Origin: a virus
Lineage: Duplodnaviria; Caudoviricetes
IMG/VR virus record: IMGVR_UViG_3300025635_000033
Coordinates: 1 to 48,854 of that record
Direction: 5' to 3' (one strand)
Length of the DNA stretch: 48,854 nucleotides
Made by a program: the position numbers and the translations under genes. How positions within the stretch are numbered: position 1 is the stretch's first letter; each line of letters opens with the position of its first letter. A model generated the notes under the pieces. The model was not told where the DNA came from, searched no databases, and was given only the letters and a program-made list of their open reading frames with translations. Shown here one piece after another: positions 25,548-34,082 of this stretch.

Positions 25548-27791
25548 TCAGTCCTTCTTCAGCCTGTTTCCGCGATACCCGGCACCCGTCAGGGGCAGCC
25601 CGGCAGCCCACGGCTCGAGGTCGCACATGATCTTCGTGAGCTCTTCCACACTGCCGAAGCCCTTGGGCACTTCGAACAGGCCGGCGTCGTGGATATGGCC
25701 GATCGCGGGGTAGCCGGCCGCCTCGGCCTTCTTGAGCCCGTGGCGCAGGATGTCGACCTCGATACCCATAACGATGTTCTGGAACGCGAGACCGCCGTAC
25801 AGGCCATAGCGTTCGAACTTCCGCGTCTGGTTGTTGACGCCCAACGCCGTGACAGAGGCCGGTGCGTTGCTCTTGACCTTCCCTTCGCCGGCGCGCTCGC
25901 GAGCGTAGCCCTGCTCGGCCGGGATGCAGTCTCGGTCCTTCGTGAGCGCGTCTTCGAACCACACCATCGGCTTTAGCTTTGGTGCCGGGTAGGCGATGCA
26001 GCGGCCGGACGGCAGGCGGCACCACAGGAAGCCGTGAGCCACCAGGTATTGGACCTTGAGCACGCCGACCTGCCGGCCGGGTTCGTTGACGGCGTCGCGC
26101 ATGGCGTCGCGAAGCGCGCTCCAGGCCGCAGCGATGGCCGGATGGCCCGCGCGGAAGCCGATCTTGATGAGCTCGCCGGCAATCCAGCCTTCGCGCGTCA
26201 GCACGTCGGCCTTGGCCTCACGGCGCTTCAGGCACCGTTCGTATCGTTTGCACGCCTTCTCGCGCCGCTCTTCGTCGGCAGCGGCCCACACAGGCGGGAA
26301 GACCGGGTGCAGCTTGAGGCCGTAGTTGCGCGCCATCTGGTGCAGGGCCGCGACGCCGCCCTCGAATTGCAGGGACAAGTCGGCCACCTTGCCGACCTGG
26401 CGACGCGGATCGGATTTCGCGATCGGTTCGCCATAGACGCCCTCGGCGGTGCGCCGGTACATGTCGGGCTTGGAGGGGTCGGCGATAATCTCGCGCATCG
26501 CCTCCAGCTTCCACGTCTCACCCGCCAGCCACGCACCGTTGGCGTTCTGGATGCCGCTGTAGTCGACCTCCATGATGTCGTAGCCCGGCGCCGCGCAGAT
26601 GAAGCTCTTGAGGGCGTCGGCCAGAAGCGGCAGGGGCTGCCCCAGCTGCGGGCCGTACATGAACTCGACCGCTTCCGGGTCGCCCGTGCCGATGAAATCA
26701 AACAGCAGGTCGAGGTCGAGATGCGCGTCGCCGAACACCTTGCGAGGCCGCGGCAGGTTGTGAAGCTGGGCGCCGGTCGACGTCCAGCGGCCGGGGCCGG
26801 CGGCGTTCATCATGAAGGCGTTGCGGACGCGGCCGTCGGCCGAGGCGCGGTCGCGCATGGCCTCCAGCTTGGCGGTCGATGACTTGGCGCCCTGCTGCCG
26901 TATCTCCAGAACGCGACGCGCGTCGTCCGGTATATCCTCCAGCTCCAGCAGATCGGCGACGATGTCCTTGGCCACCGAGTCGGTTTCGACGCCGCGGGTC
27001 TTCAACCACGCGCACATGTCGGCCGAACTGTTGACGCCCTGGACGGCACCACCCGTGATTTTGCGCAGCTCGGTTTCGAGCAGGCCGCGAGCCTTGGTTG
27101 CCATCTCCATCGCGGCGTCGATGCTGGCGAGGTCGACACGCAGGCCGCGGGAGTTGATGACCTGGTCGAGGACGTACATGTCCTGGTCGGCCGGCGAGAG
27201 CCGGAACAGGCGAGCAGCCACGGCAGCTTCGGAGGCCACGTCCTGCCGGCAGTAGGCGATGAACTCCGCGAACAGCTCCGGGTGATCTTCAGGTTCGTTG
27301 AAGATCGGTCCGGGCGGCAGGTTGGCGTGCTTCTTGAGCCGACGAATTGGCACGGAGAAAAAGTCGATGAGCTCCTTGCCCTTGGTGTCCTTCCGGACTT
27401 CGAGCTGCAGCACCGTGCCGACGTCGTCTAGGGCGCGTGGCAAGGACATTGCGGCGGCCTCTACGGCCGTGCAGACGTACTGGTCGACACGCGGGCGCGG
27501 CCAACCGAAGTCGACGGCCAGCCGGTCGAAGCAGTTGCGTTCGAATTGGGCGTTGTGGGCGCGGATCTTGCCGCCGGCGCGGATGTGCGCCGCCAGGTCG
27601 GCTGGACACGCTCTGTCGCGGTAGGTCCACTCCTTGATGACCGTCTCGCCGGGCATCTGGTAGCACATGATGAGTGCCTTCCAGTGCGGGCTCTCGAAGT
27701 ACCGGCCGAGCCCCTTGTTGTCCTTGTGCTTCTTTCCGAGCCGCAGGTCGTTGCGCGTCTCGAAGTCCACCCTGGCTTCGTCGGTTGTCAT
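25548..27791 (-). CDS. polA: Family A DNA polymerase with 3'-5' exonuclease (APSE/SPO2-like), divergent active-site motifs
   Basis: ExoI DFETR, ExoII AHNAQFER, ExoIII YCRQDV. GRW...QLHNLPR, motif A DYSGIQ, motif B RQVGKVADLSLQFEGG, motif C HIHDA. Confidence 0.95.
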   Translation of the reverse strand: MTTDEARVDFETRNDLRLGKKHKDNKGLGRYFESPHWKALIMCYQMPGETVIKEWTYRDRACPADLAAHIRAGGKIRAHNAQFERNCFDRLAVDFGWPRPRVDQYVCTAVEAAAMSLPRALDDVGTVLQLEVRKDTKGKELIDFFSVPIRRLKKHANLPPGPIFNEPEDHPELFAEFIAYCRQDVASEAAVAARLFRLSPADQDMYVLDQVINSRGLRVDLASIDAAMEMATKARGLLETELRKITGGAVQGVNSSADMCAWLKTRGVETDSVAKDIVADLLELEDIPDDARRVLEIRQQGAKSSTAKLEAMRDRASADGRVRNAFMMNAAGPGRWTSTGAQLHNLPRPRKVFGDAHLDLDLLFDFIGTGDPEAVEFMYGPQLGQPLPLLADALKSFICAAPGYDIMEVDYSGIQNANGAWLAGETWKLEAMREIIADPSKPDMYRRTAEGVYGEPIAKSDPRRQVGKVADLSLQFEGGVAALHQMARNYGLKLHPVFPPVWAAADEERREKACKRYERCLKRREAKADVLTREGWIAGELIKIGFRAGHPAIAAAWSALRDAMRDAVNEPGRQVGVLKVQYLVAHGFLWCRLPSGRCIAYPAPKLKPMVWFEDALTKDRDCIPAEQGYARERAGEGKVKSNAPASVTALGVNNQTRKFERYGLYGGLAFQNIVMGIEVDILRHGLKKAEAAGYPAIGHIHDAGLFEVPKGFGSVEELTKIMCDLEPWAAGLPLTGAGYRGNRLKKD

Positions 27792-29407
27792 GCGAACACC
27801 CCGGCGTCGGGCGCAATGTCAGACACGGGTGTCACGCGAAGACCCCGACCATCGAGATAGGCGCCGAGGACTTCCGCCGCGACCCACGGGACGATCGCGT
27901 TGCCGTAGGCGCGCAGTCGTCCAACCCTGTTCGTTGCGTTCCAGGCGAGAGGGAAAACAGCGGCGGCATTGGCTGCGTGGGCTTCACCCCAAGCCGCCTG
28001 TGCGCAGCGTGCCAAAACTGATGACAATGGATGCACAGAGTTTGCAGATTGGCCGGATCGTTGTTCCGCCAATCCTCGTCGATGTGATGGACGTGAAGCC
28101 GCTTCATGGCCGAACACGCATCGCACGATGGTTTCCTGTGCTTCCGGGCCTGTGCGTGGAAGGCTTTGCGCGAGAGGCCACCCTTGGTCCGCGAGTTGGC
28201 GCAGGAAAGAGAGCAAAACCTGCGGCGCGTGAAGGTCTGGCGATCCTCCAACCGGCCGTTGAACCGCTTTCTCCACAAGCGACACCCACAGGTCTCGCAT
28301 CGCTGCTCCGGGGTCGACGCACATGAACGAGGCGTAGCGGTTCACTTCTTCCGCGAACGCTTCGGCAATGTCGGTGCGCACTGGTCCCAAGCTGCGGGGT
28401 AGCCCATCAACCAACGGCTGTGCGAAGGATTCAAAGCGGCGCGCTTTCCCGTCGGTGCAGTGGACGACGTCGTAGGTGGACCAGAAGCCAGGCTGACCTG
28501 CCGGCCCAAGAGGCCGTTGATCGGCACGCCCGCCTCCTCCAGATCCGTCGAGCCGTCCTTGTGATCGCGTGTCGTTGGTGTCGCCCAGCCCGCAAGGTTC
28601 GCGGCGTCCGTCAGCGTCATGAACTGGTTGCCGTTGTAGCCGGCCGTCCTCGAGCCGCGGCTGTCTGCGACCGTTGTCGTCGGCCAACCCACCAGCTCCA
28701 CCGTCTTGCGGCTGCTGTCCGTGTTGCCCGCCGCGTTGTACTCGTCCGTCGCCGGCGAGCCCGCCATCGGTGTCGGCCAGCCGGCCAGTTGCGCCGCCAT
28801 GCCCAGCGTCAAGCCAAAGCCGTTGCTGTTGCCCAGCCGTTCTTTCGTCCGTTGACGCCGCTCTATCCACGCATCTCCCGTGTTGCCCGCGTCCATCATG
28901 GCGGATGGCGTCGGCCAACCACCAAAGCCGCTGTCGAATGTGGGGCGCGCCCGCGCTCGCAGCGCAGAGATCGGCGGCCCAACTTGCATAGGCCAGGTCT
29001 TCCAGGTCAGCGCGTACTCCAGCGAGCCATTGACGTCCATCCGCGCTCGCAACCTGTTCTCCAGCCACGACATCGGGCCGGCAGGCGGCGATGAGGCGTC
29101 GCATTTCCGGCCAGAGATGCCTTTCGTCCGCCGTGCCTTTGCGCTTGCCGGCGGCGCTGAAGGGCTGGCAGGGGCAGCTTCCGGTCCAGAGAGGCTTGTC
29201 GTCTGGCCATCCGGCGATGCGGGCTGCAAGGCTCCATCCACCGATTCCGGCGAAGAAGTGGACCTGCGTGTATCCGATGAGGTCGTCTGGCTGGACATCC
29301 ACGATGCTCCGTTCATCGACGACGCCGGGTGCGATGTGCCCGGCGCTGATGAGATTGCGCAGCCATGCGGCGGCGTAGGGGTCGATTTCGTTGTAGTAGG
29401 CGCTCAC
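27788..29407 (-). CDS. C5-cytosine DNA methyltransferase, catalytic polypeptide
   Basis: FFAGIGG (motif I, preceded by permuted motifs II-III), GSCPCQPFS (IV), GEQV (VI), PHIRQRLW (VIII), RLRAYGNAIVP (X). Confidence 0.92.
   Translation of the reverse strand: MSAYYNEIDPYAAAWLRNLISAGHIAPGVVDERSIVDVQPDDLIGYTQVHFFAGIGGWSLAARIAGWPDDKPLWTGSCPCQPFSAAGKRKGTADERHLWPEMRRLIAACRPDVVAGEQVASADGRQWLAGVRADLEDLAYASWAADLCAASAGAPHIRQRLWWLADAIRHDGRGQHGRCVDRAASTDERTAGQQQRLWLDAGHGGATGRLADTDGGLAGDGRVQRGGQHGQQPQDGGAGGLADDNGRRQPRLEDGRLQRQPVHDADGRREPCGLGDTNDTRSQGRLDGSGGGGRADQRPLGPAGQPGFWSTYDVVHCTDGKARRFESFAQPLVDGLPRSLGPVRTDIAEAFAEEVNRYASFMCVDPGAAMRDLWVSLVEKAVQRPVGGSPDLHAPQVLLSFLRQLADQGWPLAQSLPRTGPEAQETIVRCVFGHEAASRPSHRRGLAEQRSGQSANSVHPLSSVLARCAQAAWGEAHAANAAAVFPLAWNATNRVGRLRAYGNAIVPWVAAEVLGAYLDGRGLRVTPVSDIAPDAGVFA
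27832..28341 (-). CDS. HNH endonuclease nested in an alternative frame of the methyltransferase (start uncertain)
   Basis: CETCG...FCSLSC zinc finger, CDAC...LHVHHIDEDWRNNDPANLQTLCIHCHQFWH. Frame is open back to TGA at 28342-28344. Confidence 0.8.
   Translation of the reverse strand, partial: TATPRSCASTPEQRCETCGCRLWRKRFNGRLEDRQTFTRRRFCSLSCANSRTKGGLSRKAFHAQARKHRKPSCDACSAMKRLHVHHIDEDWRNNDPANLQTLCIHCHQFWHAAHRRLGVKPTQPMPPLFSLSPGTQRTGLDDCAPTATRSSRGSRRKSSAPISMVGVFA
28342..29316 (-). CDS. Alternative-frame methyltransferase subunit (target recognition repeats and motif IX), start uncertain
   Basis: Four GW(P/A)T(P/T) repeats and LNPSHSRWLMGYPAAW, supplying the region missing from the main frame. 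Confidence 0.75.
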   Translation of the reverse strand: MNGASWMSSQTTSSDTRRSTSSPESVDGALQPASPDGQTTSLSGPEAAPASPSAPPASAKARRTKGISGRKCDASSPPAGPMSWLENRLRARMDVNGSLEYALTWKTWPMQVGPPISALRARARPTFDSGFGGWPTPSAMMDAGNTGDAWIERRQRTKERLGNSNGFGLTLGMAAQLAGWPTPMAGSPATDEYNAAGNTDSSRKTVELVGWPTTTVADSRGSRTAGYNGNQFMTLTDAANLAGWATPTTRDHKDGSTDLEEAGVPINGLLGRQVSLASGPPTTSSTAPTGKRAALNPSHSRWLMGYPAAWDQCAPTLPKRSRKK

Positions 29408-29556
29408 ACGCCCACCACAACCAGCACGTCGGACGGACCGACATCGAAGTCCGTCCGGCTACGGCGCACCCGGTAGTGATGCGTGCCGGGGATGCGCGAG
29501 AGCACTTCGACGCGGTGCCAGGTGTTGCTGCCGCGGTACTTGAGCCAGCCGATCAT
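29404..29556 (-). CDS. Small hypothetical protein (50 aa)
   Basis: ATGA and GTGA coupled at both ends, MIGWLKYRGSNTWHRVEV. Confidence 0.6.
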   Translation of the reverse strand: MIGWLKYRGSNTWHRVEVLSRIPGTHHYRVRRSRTDFDVGPSDVLVVVGV

Positions 29557-29939
29557 GCTACACCTGTCGCCTGCTGGCCGTCGCCGAGCAGCAGGATCAC
29601 CTGCAGCCCGAGAGCGCGGGCTACGTTGTACTCGGCCGTGGCGCCCTTGCTGTGCGCCCAGCCCGGCAGCAGGGCGATGGCTTCGGCCTCGGCGCAGATC
29701 CACGCGAGGTCTTCGGCCAATGCCACGCGCAGGTCGAAGCCGTGTTCTGCGGCAGCCTGCTTCTCGTCGCCGGTGATGTTGCCCTTGGAGATGTCGACGC
29801 CGCCGTGGCGCTCGATGTCGCGCTCGGCAGGGCTGAAGACGGTGTGTCCTTCGGCGCGCAGCTTGGCGGCTGCAGCGTGGAAGGCCGGGAAGTTGAACTC
29901 CGGAAAATTTCGCATAGGACCAGCGATGTAGACCTTCAT
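29553..29939 (-). CDS. DUF4406 / nucleoside deoxyribosyltransferase-like protein
   Basis: VYIAGPM...NFPAF...VFSPAE...LLPGWAHSKGATAE. Confidence 0.85.
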   Translation of the reverse strand: MKVYIAGPMRNFPEFNFPAFHAAAAKLRAEGHTVFSPAERDIERHGGVDISKGNITGDEKQAAAEHGFDLRVALAEDLAWICAEAEAIALLPGWAHSKGATAEYNVARALGLQVILLLGDGQQATGVA

Positions 29940-30229
29940 GCGAACACCCCGAGCGCATGGGCGTAGACGTCGCGCAGGGTGTTGCGCTCGTCACGATCGG
30001 CGGCGTCCATGTCCAGTTCCTTGACGAGCCAGCGGACCGTCGGAGCGTCGTAGCCGACACCCTTCAGCTCGCTGTAGATGTCCTTGATGTCGCCGCCGAT
30101 GTCCTTCTTCTCCTGCTCGAGCTTCTGGATGCGCTCGACGAAGCTCTTGAGGCGGTCGGCGCTGATCGGCCCGGCCTTGGTCTTCTTGCTGACGGCGGCC
30201 TCGCCGCTGTTGTGTCCGATGTTGCTCAT
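29936..30229 (-). CDS. gapR: GapR-like (DUF2312) DNA-binding protein
   Basis: IGHNSG...RLKSFVERIQKLEQEKKDIGGDIKDIYSELKGVGYD. Confidence 0.88.
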   Translation of the reverse strand: MSNIGHNSGEAAVSKKTKAGPISADRLKSFVERIQKLEQEKKDIGGDIKDIYSELKGVGYDAPTVRWLVKELDMDAADRDERNTLRDVYAHALGVFA

Positions 30230-30810
30230 GCGAAAACATCTCCTGCGTTGACGATGGGTGACGGGGGAACGACGACGGCAGCCGGGGCTCCGACGTGGAT
30301 GCGCTGCATGCACGCCTGGACGACGCGGGCCTGGCCGCGCGCATCGTCGAGGGCGTTGTGCTTCACGCCGGACGACATCTTGCGAGTGTCGACGCCGGCG
30401 AGGTCGAACAGGGTGCGGGTGCAGCGGCTGTTCCAGAACAGCCACGGCACTTCGCGGCCGATGACGTTGTAGGCGGCGTCCAGCAACGGCTGGTCGAAAT
30501 TGGCGCCGTGGCTCCACACGCGCTCGCCGTTGTGGCTGGTGAACCACACCGCGAACGACATCAGAGCGTCGTAGAGCGGCTGGCGGTCGATCGTCAGGGC
30601 GTTCTGTGCCGCCAGGCTCTGACGCTTCCACCACTCGATGGTCTTCTGGTCGATCGTGAGGCCCAGCCGCTTGCAGTCTTCGGGGTCGATGTTGACGTAG
30701 AACTCGGCGCCGATGCCGCCCTTCGGATCGAAGAACACCGCGCCGATGCTGAGAATGACGCTGCCGGGGCGCGTGCCGAGCGTCTCAATGTCGATCATCA
30801 CGTCTTTCAT
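30226..30810 (-). CDS. DEDDh 3'-5' exonuclease
   Basis: VMIDIETLG, TIEWW, WSHGANFD, HNALDDA. Confidence 0.9.
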   Translation of the reverse strand: MKDVMIDIETLGTRPGSVILSIGAVFFDPKGGIGAEFYVNIDPEDCKRLGLTIDQKTIEWWKRQSLAAQNALTIDRQPLYDALMSFAVWFTSHNGERVWSHGANFDQPLLDAAYNVIGREVPWLFWNSRCTRTLFDLAGVDTRKMSSGVKHNALDDARGQARVVQACMQRIHVGAPAAVVVPPSPIVNAGDVFA

Positions 30811-30863
30811 GAGAGGGCTCCTTGGGAGAGGGAGGGGCGGCCGGTGAGAGCCGCCCCGTGTCG

Positions 30864-31253
30864 TCACTGCTGGTGCGTGCCCTCGACGCCGCGACGCATG
30901 CGGTCGATGGTGCGCTGCTGCAGCCAGTGCATCGCCTCTTCGATGTGCGTCAGGGCGCAGGCGTTGGCCTTGCAGGAAAACGGCCCCTTCTGGAACGAGC
31001 GCAGCCGGTCGGCGACGATCGCGAGCAGGGCTTCCTGGGTGACGCCGTTGACGCCGACTTCGTTGATGGGGCCGTTCTGAAACAGAACAGTCATCCAGTC
31101 GCGCGGCTCGCCGTCGTAGGACACGTTGCTGGTCGTGTCGAAACCGCTGATCATGTAGCGGTGGTTCGCGCCGCCAGCGCCCGGCTCATCGACGACTTCG
31201 ATCTTGAGCGTGTCGTTGGCCGGATTGACCTTGTGGTCGTGGATCTCTCGCAT
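30864..31253 (-). CDS. tad1: Tad1-family anti-defence nucleotide-signal sponge
   Basis: GAGGANHRY, FQNGP, DRLRSFQKGPFSCKANACALTHIEEAMHW...RMRRGVEGT match the Tad1 sequence pattern as recalled. Confidence 0.85.
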   Translation of the reverse strand: MREIHDHKVNPANDTLKIEVVDEPGAGGANHRYMISGFDTTSNVSYDGEPRDWMTVLFQNGPINEVGVNGVTQEALLAIVADRLRSFQKGPFSCKANACALTHIEEAMHWLQQRTIDRMRRGVEGTHQQ

Positions 31254-31328
31254 GCTGTCCTCGGAATTGAATGGTAGGAAGGAGCGCGCGACAGCAGCGA
31301 ACCACTGTCGCGCGCAATGTCAGACAAA

Positions 31329-32003
31329 TCAGGCGAAGAGGTTGCCCGCCCCGCCAGCGGCAGCGGCCGGCGCCGCTCCCTTGTCGACGACACCCTCGAA
31401 GAAGGAGTCGGCGCTGGGGCCACCACCCCCACCGATGCGCTCGCCGTCCTTGGCGAACTGGACCATGCTGACGCCGAAGCTGATGCCACGGCCGCCCAGG
31501 TCGTTCTCCCAGGTGTAGGCGTTGACGACGGCGTGGACGTAGCAGCCCGGATAGAGCGCCGCCGGATCCGTGAGCTCCACCAGCTTGCCGTCGGCGCCGA
31601 CCGTCGAGCCGAAGCACTTCGGCTGGCGCTTCTCGTTCGCCGACACGCTGATGAACTTGTGGCCCTCGTAGCCCGGCTTCTTCTCGCCGGTCTTCTTCAC
31701 CAGGCCATCCTTGCCGTCGCCGTCCTTGAAGGGGTTGCGGATGAGCTCGGTCTTGATCATGTCGACGGCCTTCTCACCCCAATGCTCGGTGGCGATCCGG
31801 ATGCACTCGGCGACGACGTCGAGCGGCTGGCCGTTGCTGCTCTTGCCGGTGAGCGGCGGACCCTTCGGGTAGAGCAGGACGGCCTCGTAGTTGAACTTCA
31901 CGGTGCCGTTCTTCTCGACCCGCTTCTTCAGCGTGAGCAGCGACGGGTAGGACAGGCGGACGTTCTCGAGCTTGAAGTCTTCGGTGCGGATGTTCTTGGC
32001 CAA
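31329..32003 (-). CDS. ssb: Phage single-stranded DNA-binding protein (DUF2815, gp2.5-like)
   Basis: TTG start with GGAGG. NVRLSYPSL, PFKDGD, LYPGCYV, GISFGV...VQFAKDGERIGGG. Confidence 0.88.
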   Translation of the reverse strand: MAKNIRTEDFKLENVRLSYPSLLTLKKRVEKNGTVKFNYEAVLLYPKGPPLTGKSSNGQPLDVVAECIRIATEHWGEKAVDMIKTELIRNPFKDGDGKDGLVKKTGEKKPGYEGHKFISVSANEKRQPKCFGSTVGADGKLVELTDPAALYPGCYVHAVVNAYTWENDLGGRGISFGVSMVQFAKDGERIGGGGGPSADSFFEGVVDKGAAPAAAAGGAGNLFA

Positions 32004-32036
32004 TGCGGCCTCCTTCAGTTGTTGCGGTTTACTCAG

Positions 32037-32267
32037 TCACTCGGAGGGCGGCTGTCTCTTGGAGACGTCCAACCCCAGCGACGACCGGATGACTGCCGGA
32101 TCGTCGTTTCCCTTGTCCCATTCGGGCGTCAGAAGCGCGGTGCCGTCGGCTGTGTCGTAGGCGTTGCCGTCGTCGCCGCGCGGCGTCAGTCCGACGGCCC
32201 CGCGGCGCTTCAGCCAGCCGGGCTTGGCGTTGCGCGGATCCTTCTTCCCGAACAGGAGCGTTTTCAT
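32037..32267 (-). CDS. Hypothetical protein (76 aa)
   Basis: ATGA-coupled ORF between nuclease and SSB. Confidence 0.55.
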   Translation of the reverse strand: MKTLLFGKKDPRNAKPGWLKRRGAVGLTPRGDDGNAYDTADGTALLTPEWDKGNDDPAVIRSSLGLDVSKRQPPSE

Positions 32268-33568
32268 GCGAAGAACTTCTCGGCTGCGGACGCCACGGCG
32301 GGCCGCGTCGTCTTGGTTGCGGAGACGAGCGACGTGCCGGTGACGGGGCGGTGGATCAGCGCATCCAGCTTGTCCTTGCCGCCCAGCTCGCGAAGGCGCT
32401 TGGCGCCCAGCTTCTTCTCCAGCTGCGCCGGCGAGCGCATGGCCAGCGTGTAGAGCTCGTCGTCCTTGATGCCGAGCTTCTTCAGGTCCTCGGCCGGGAA
32501 CTCGCCCTTGAAGCGGCGATTGCCGATGCGCTCCGTCAGGATGTAGGACGAGCCGGTGGCCGGATTGGCGATCGTCGTCCCGCCCTGCGCCAGGCGCGTC
32601 GCCAGTGCCCGCACGGCGTTGAGCCAGTTGGTCAGGTCGTCGGCGGCGTCGAGGGCGTCAGCCAGCTTCTCGGGCGACAGGTCGGCCGGCTGGTTCGGGA
32701 TGACGACCTTGCCGCTGTCGTTGAAGAACGCATTGGCGGCGGCCAGCGCCTTCTTCTCGCGCGCCGGACAGAAGCCCTCGGCGGGGCAGAACGTGCAGTG
32801 CGTGCCGGCGACGACGTACTTGTCGCCCCAGGCTTCGCGCATCAGGTCGCCCTTGATGGCCTTGTAGGCTTCCAGGGCCTCGGCCGAGAGCTTCATCCTG
32901 GCCACCAGCTCGGCCGTCCACTCCATCAGGTCGGCGACGTGGTAGGTCTCGCTCTTGGGCTTGCCGTCGCCCATGCGCGGCTGGACGACCGTTGACATGA
33001 CGTGGCTGATGGGGCGGCGCGGGTGGGCCAGCATGGCGCCGAGCCCGTAGGTGCGAAGCTGCTTGTTGGCCGTCACGTCGACCTTGACGCCGCGCCCGCC
33101 CTTGAGGTCGACGACCTCGATCAGCTCCCACTTGGGGAAGATCATCACGGCGTCGCCGGTGCCGCCCGCGTCGAACGGCGGGTTGAGGTCGGCCAGCGAG
33201 AACCGCTCTTCGATGTAGAGCTCGGCCGGCTCGCGCGTCTCGGCCTCGTAGGTGGCGAGGCGGCCCCGGACGTAGTCGACATAGACCTGCGCCGTGTTGG
33301 CCATCTCGGTGTCGACCGTGAAGCTGTGGCTCTTGGTCTTCTCCATCGTGTCGATGAAGTCCTCGGCGTCTTGTTCGCCGCCAAGTGTATGGCCCGATTT
33401 CAGACACTTCTCGGAAATGCTGTGGCAGGCCGTGCCCCACGCAGCGGCTTCGCTCTCGATGTCCAGGTGGCGTACCTGTTCGCCGAGAGCGAGAGCGCCT
33501 GCGCACGCCCAATTACGGGACGTGGACGAGGCCGACCAAGTGGCGTGGGCGCGCTGTTCGTCAGCCAT
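32264..33568 (-). CDS. DUF2800 PD-(D/E)XK (Cas4-like) exonuclease
   Basis: HATWSASS..RNWAC, GTACH, GTGD...VVDLKGG, QLRTY, HCTFCPA...C, SPAQLEK. Confidence 0.88.
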   Translation of the reverse strand: MADEQRAHATWSASSTSRNWACAGALALGEQVRHLDIESEAAAWGTACHSISEKCLKSGHTLGGEQDAEDFIDTMEKTKSHSFTVDTEMANTAQVYVDYVRGRLATYEAETREPAELYIEERFSLADLNPPFDAGGTGDAVMIFPKWELIEVVDLKGGRGVKVDVTANKQLRTYGLGAMLAHPRRPISHVMSTVVQPRMGDGKPKSETYHVADLMEWTAELVARMKLSAEALEAYKAIKGDLMREAWGDKYVVAGTHCTFCPAEGFCPAREKKALAAANAFFNDSGKVVIPNQPADLSPEKLADALDAADDLTNWLNAVRALATRLAQGGTTIANPATGSSYILTERIGNRRFKGEFPAEDLKKLGIKDDELYTLAMRSPAQLEKKLGAKRLRELGGKDKLDALIHRPVTGTSLVSATKTTRPAVASAAEKFFA

Positions 33569-33818
33569 CGACGGCCTCATAGGTTGCAGCGAAGATGTCA
33601 GGCTTGCAGGGGTAGAACTCGCCCGCGACGCCCTTGATGATCCAGTCGCCGCGGTTGGCGCGCATGCGGCCTTCGAGCGTAGAAATTTCGATGGCGCCGC
33701 TTTTGTATATTGTAAACGTCACCAAAGGTGAAAGCAGGTGCAGCGTCGACCGCGCCTCCGCAGAACCATCCCAGCGGATCGCCTCAACGACGACCGGCTT
33801 CTTGCGGAACTTAGCCAT
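33561..33818 (-). CDS. Small conserved phage protein (KKPV...TLEG...GDWII...YPCKPDIF family)
   Basis: MAKFRKKPVVVEAIRW...STLEGRMRANRGDWIIKGVAGEFYPCKPDIFAATYE. Confidence 0.85.
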   Translation of the reverse strand: MAKFRKKPVVVEAIRWDGSAEARSTLHLLSPLVTFTIYKSGAIEISTLEGRMRANRGDWIIKGVAGEFYPCKPDIFAATYEAVDG

Positions 33819-34078
33819 CAGCCGAACCGCCGACCGAACATGCGCGACAGCAGCGACCGCTTGGGTTGCTTCGGCAGCGCCGCCTCGCTCAAGTCCTCGC
33901 CGCGCTGCTTCTTTCGCGCCAGCGTCCACCGCTTCGTTCGCCACGACTGGCCAGGCTGGCCCCGCGTCGACAACCGCCGCTGAGAGGGGACAGGCGTAAA
34001 CCGCGGCACGCGCGCTTCGCGGGCCTCGGCGCGAGCGGCGAGCATGTCTCGCCGCTCCGGGGTGTTGCGCTGGGCCAT
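33818..34078 (-). CDS. Basic hypothetical protein (86 aa)
   Basis: Fills the gap between flanking genes, TGATG coupling, Arg-rich. Confidence 0.55.
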   Translation of the reverse strand: MAQRNTPERRDMLAARAEAREARVPRFTPVPSQRRLSTRGQPGQSWRTKRWTLARKKQRGEDLSEAALPKQPKRSLLSRMFGRRFG

Positions 34079-34082
34079 CGTA

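Noticed and set aside
32264-33568. CRISPR-associated Cas4
   Set aside because: Context (SSB, PolA, SNF2 helicase) is that of the ordinary phage DUF2800 exonuclease.
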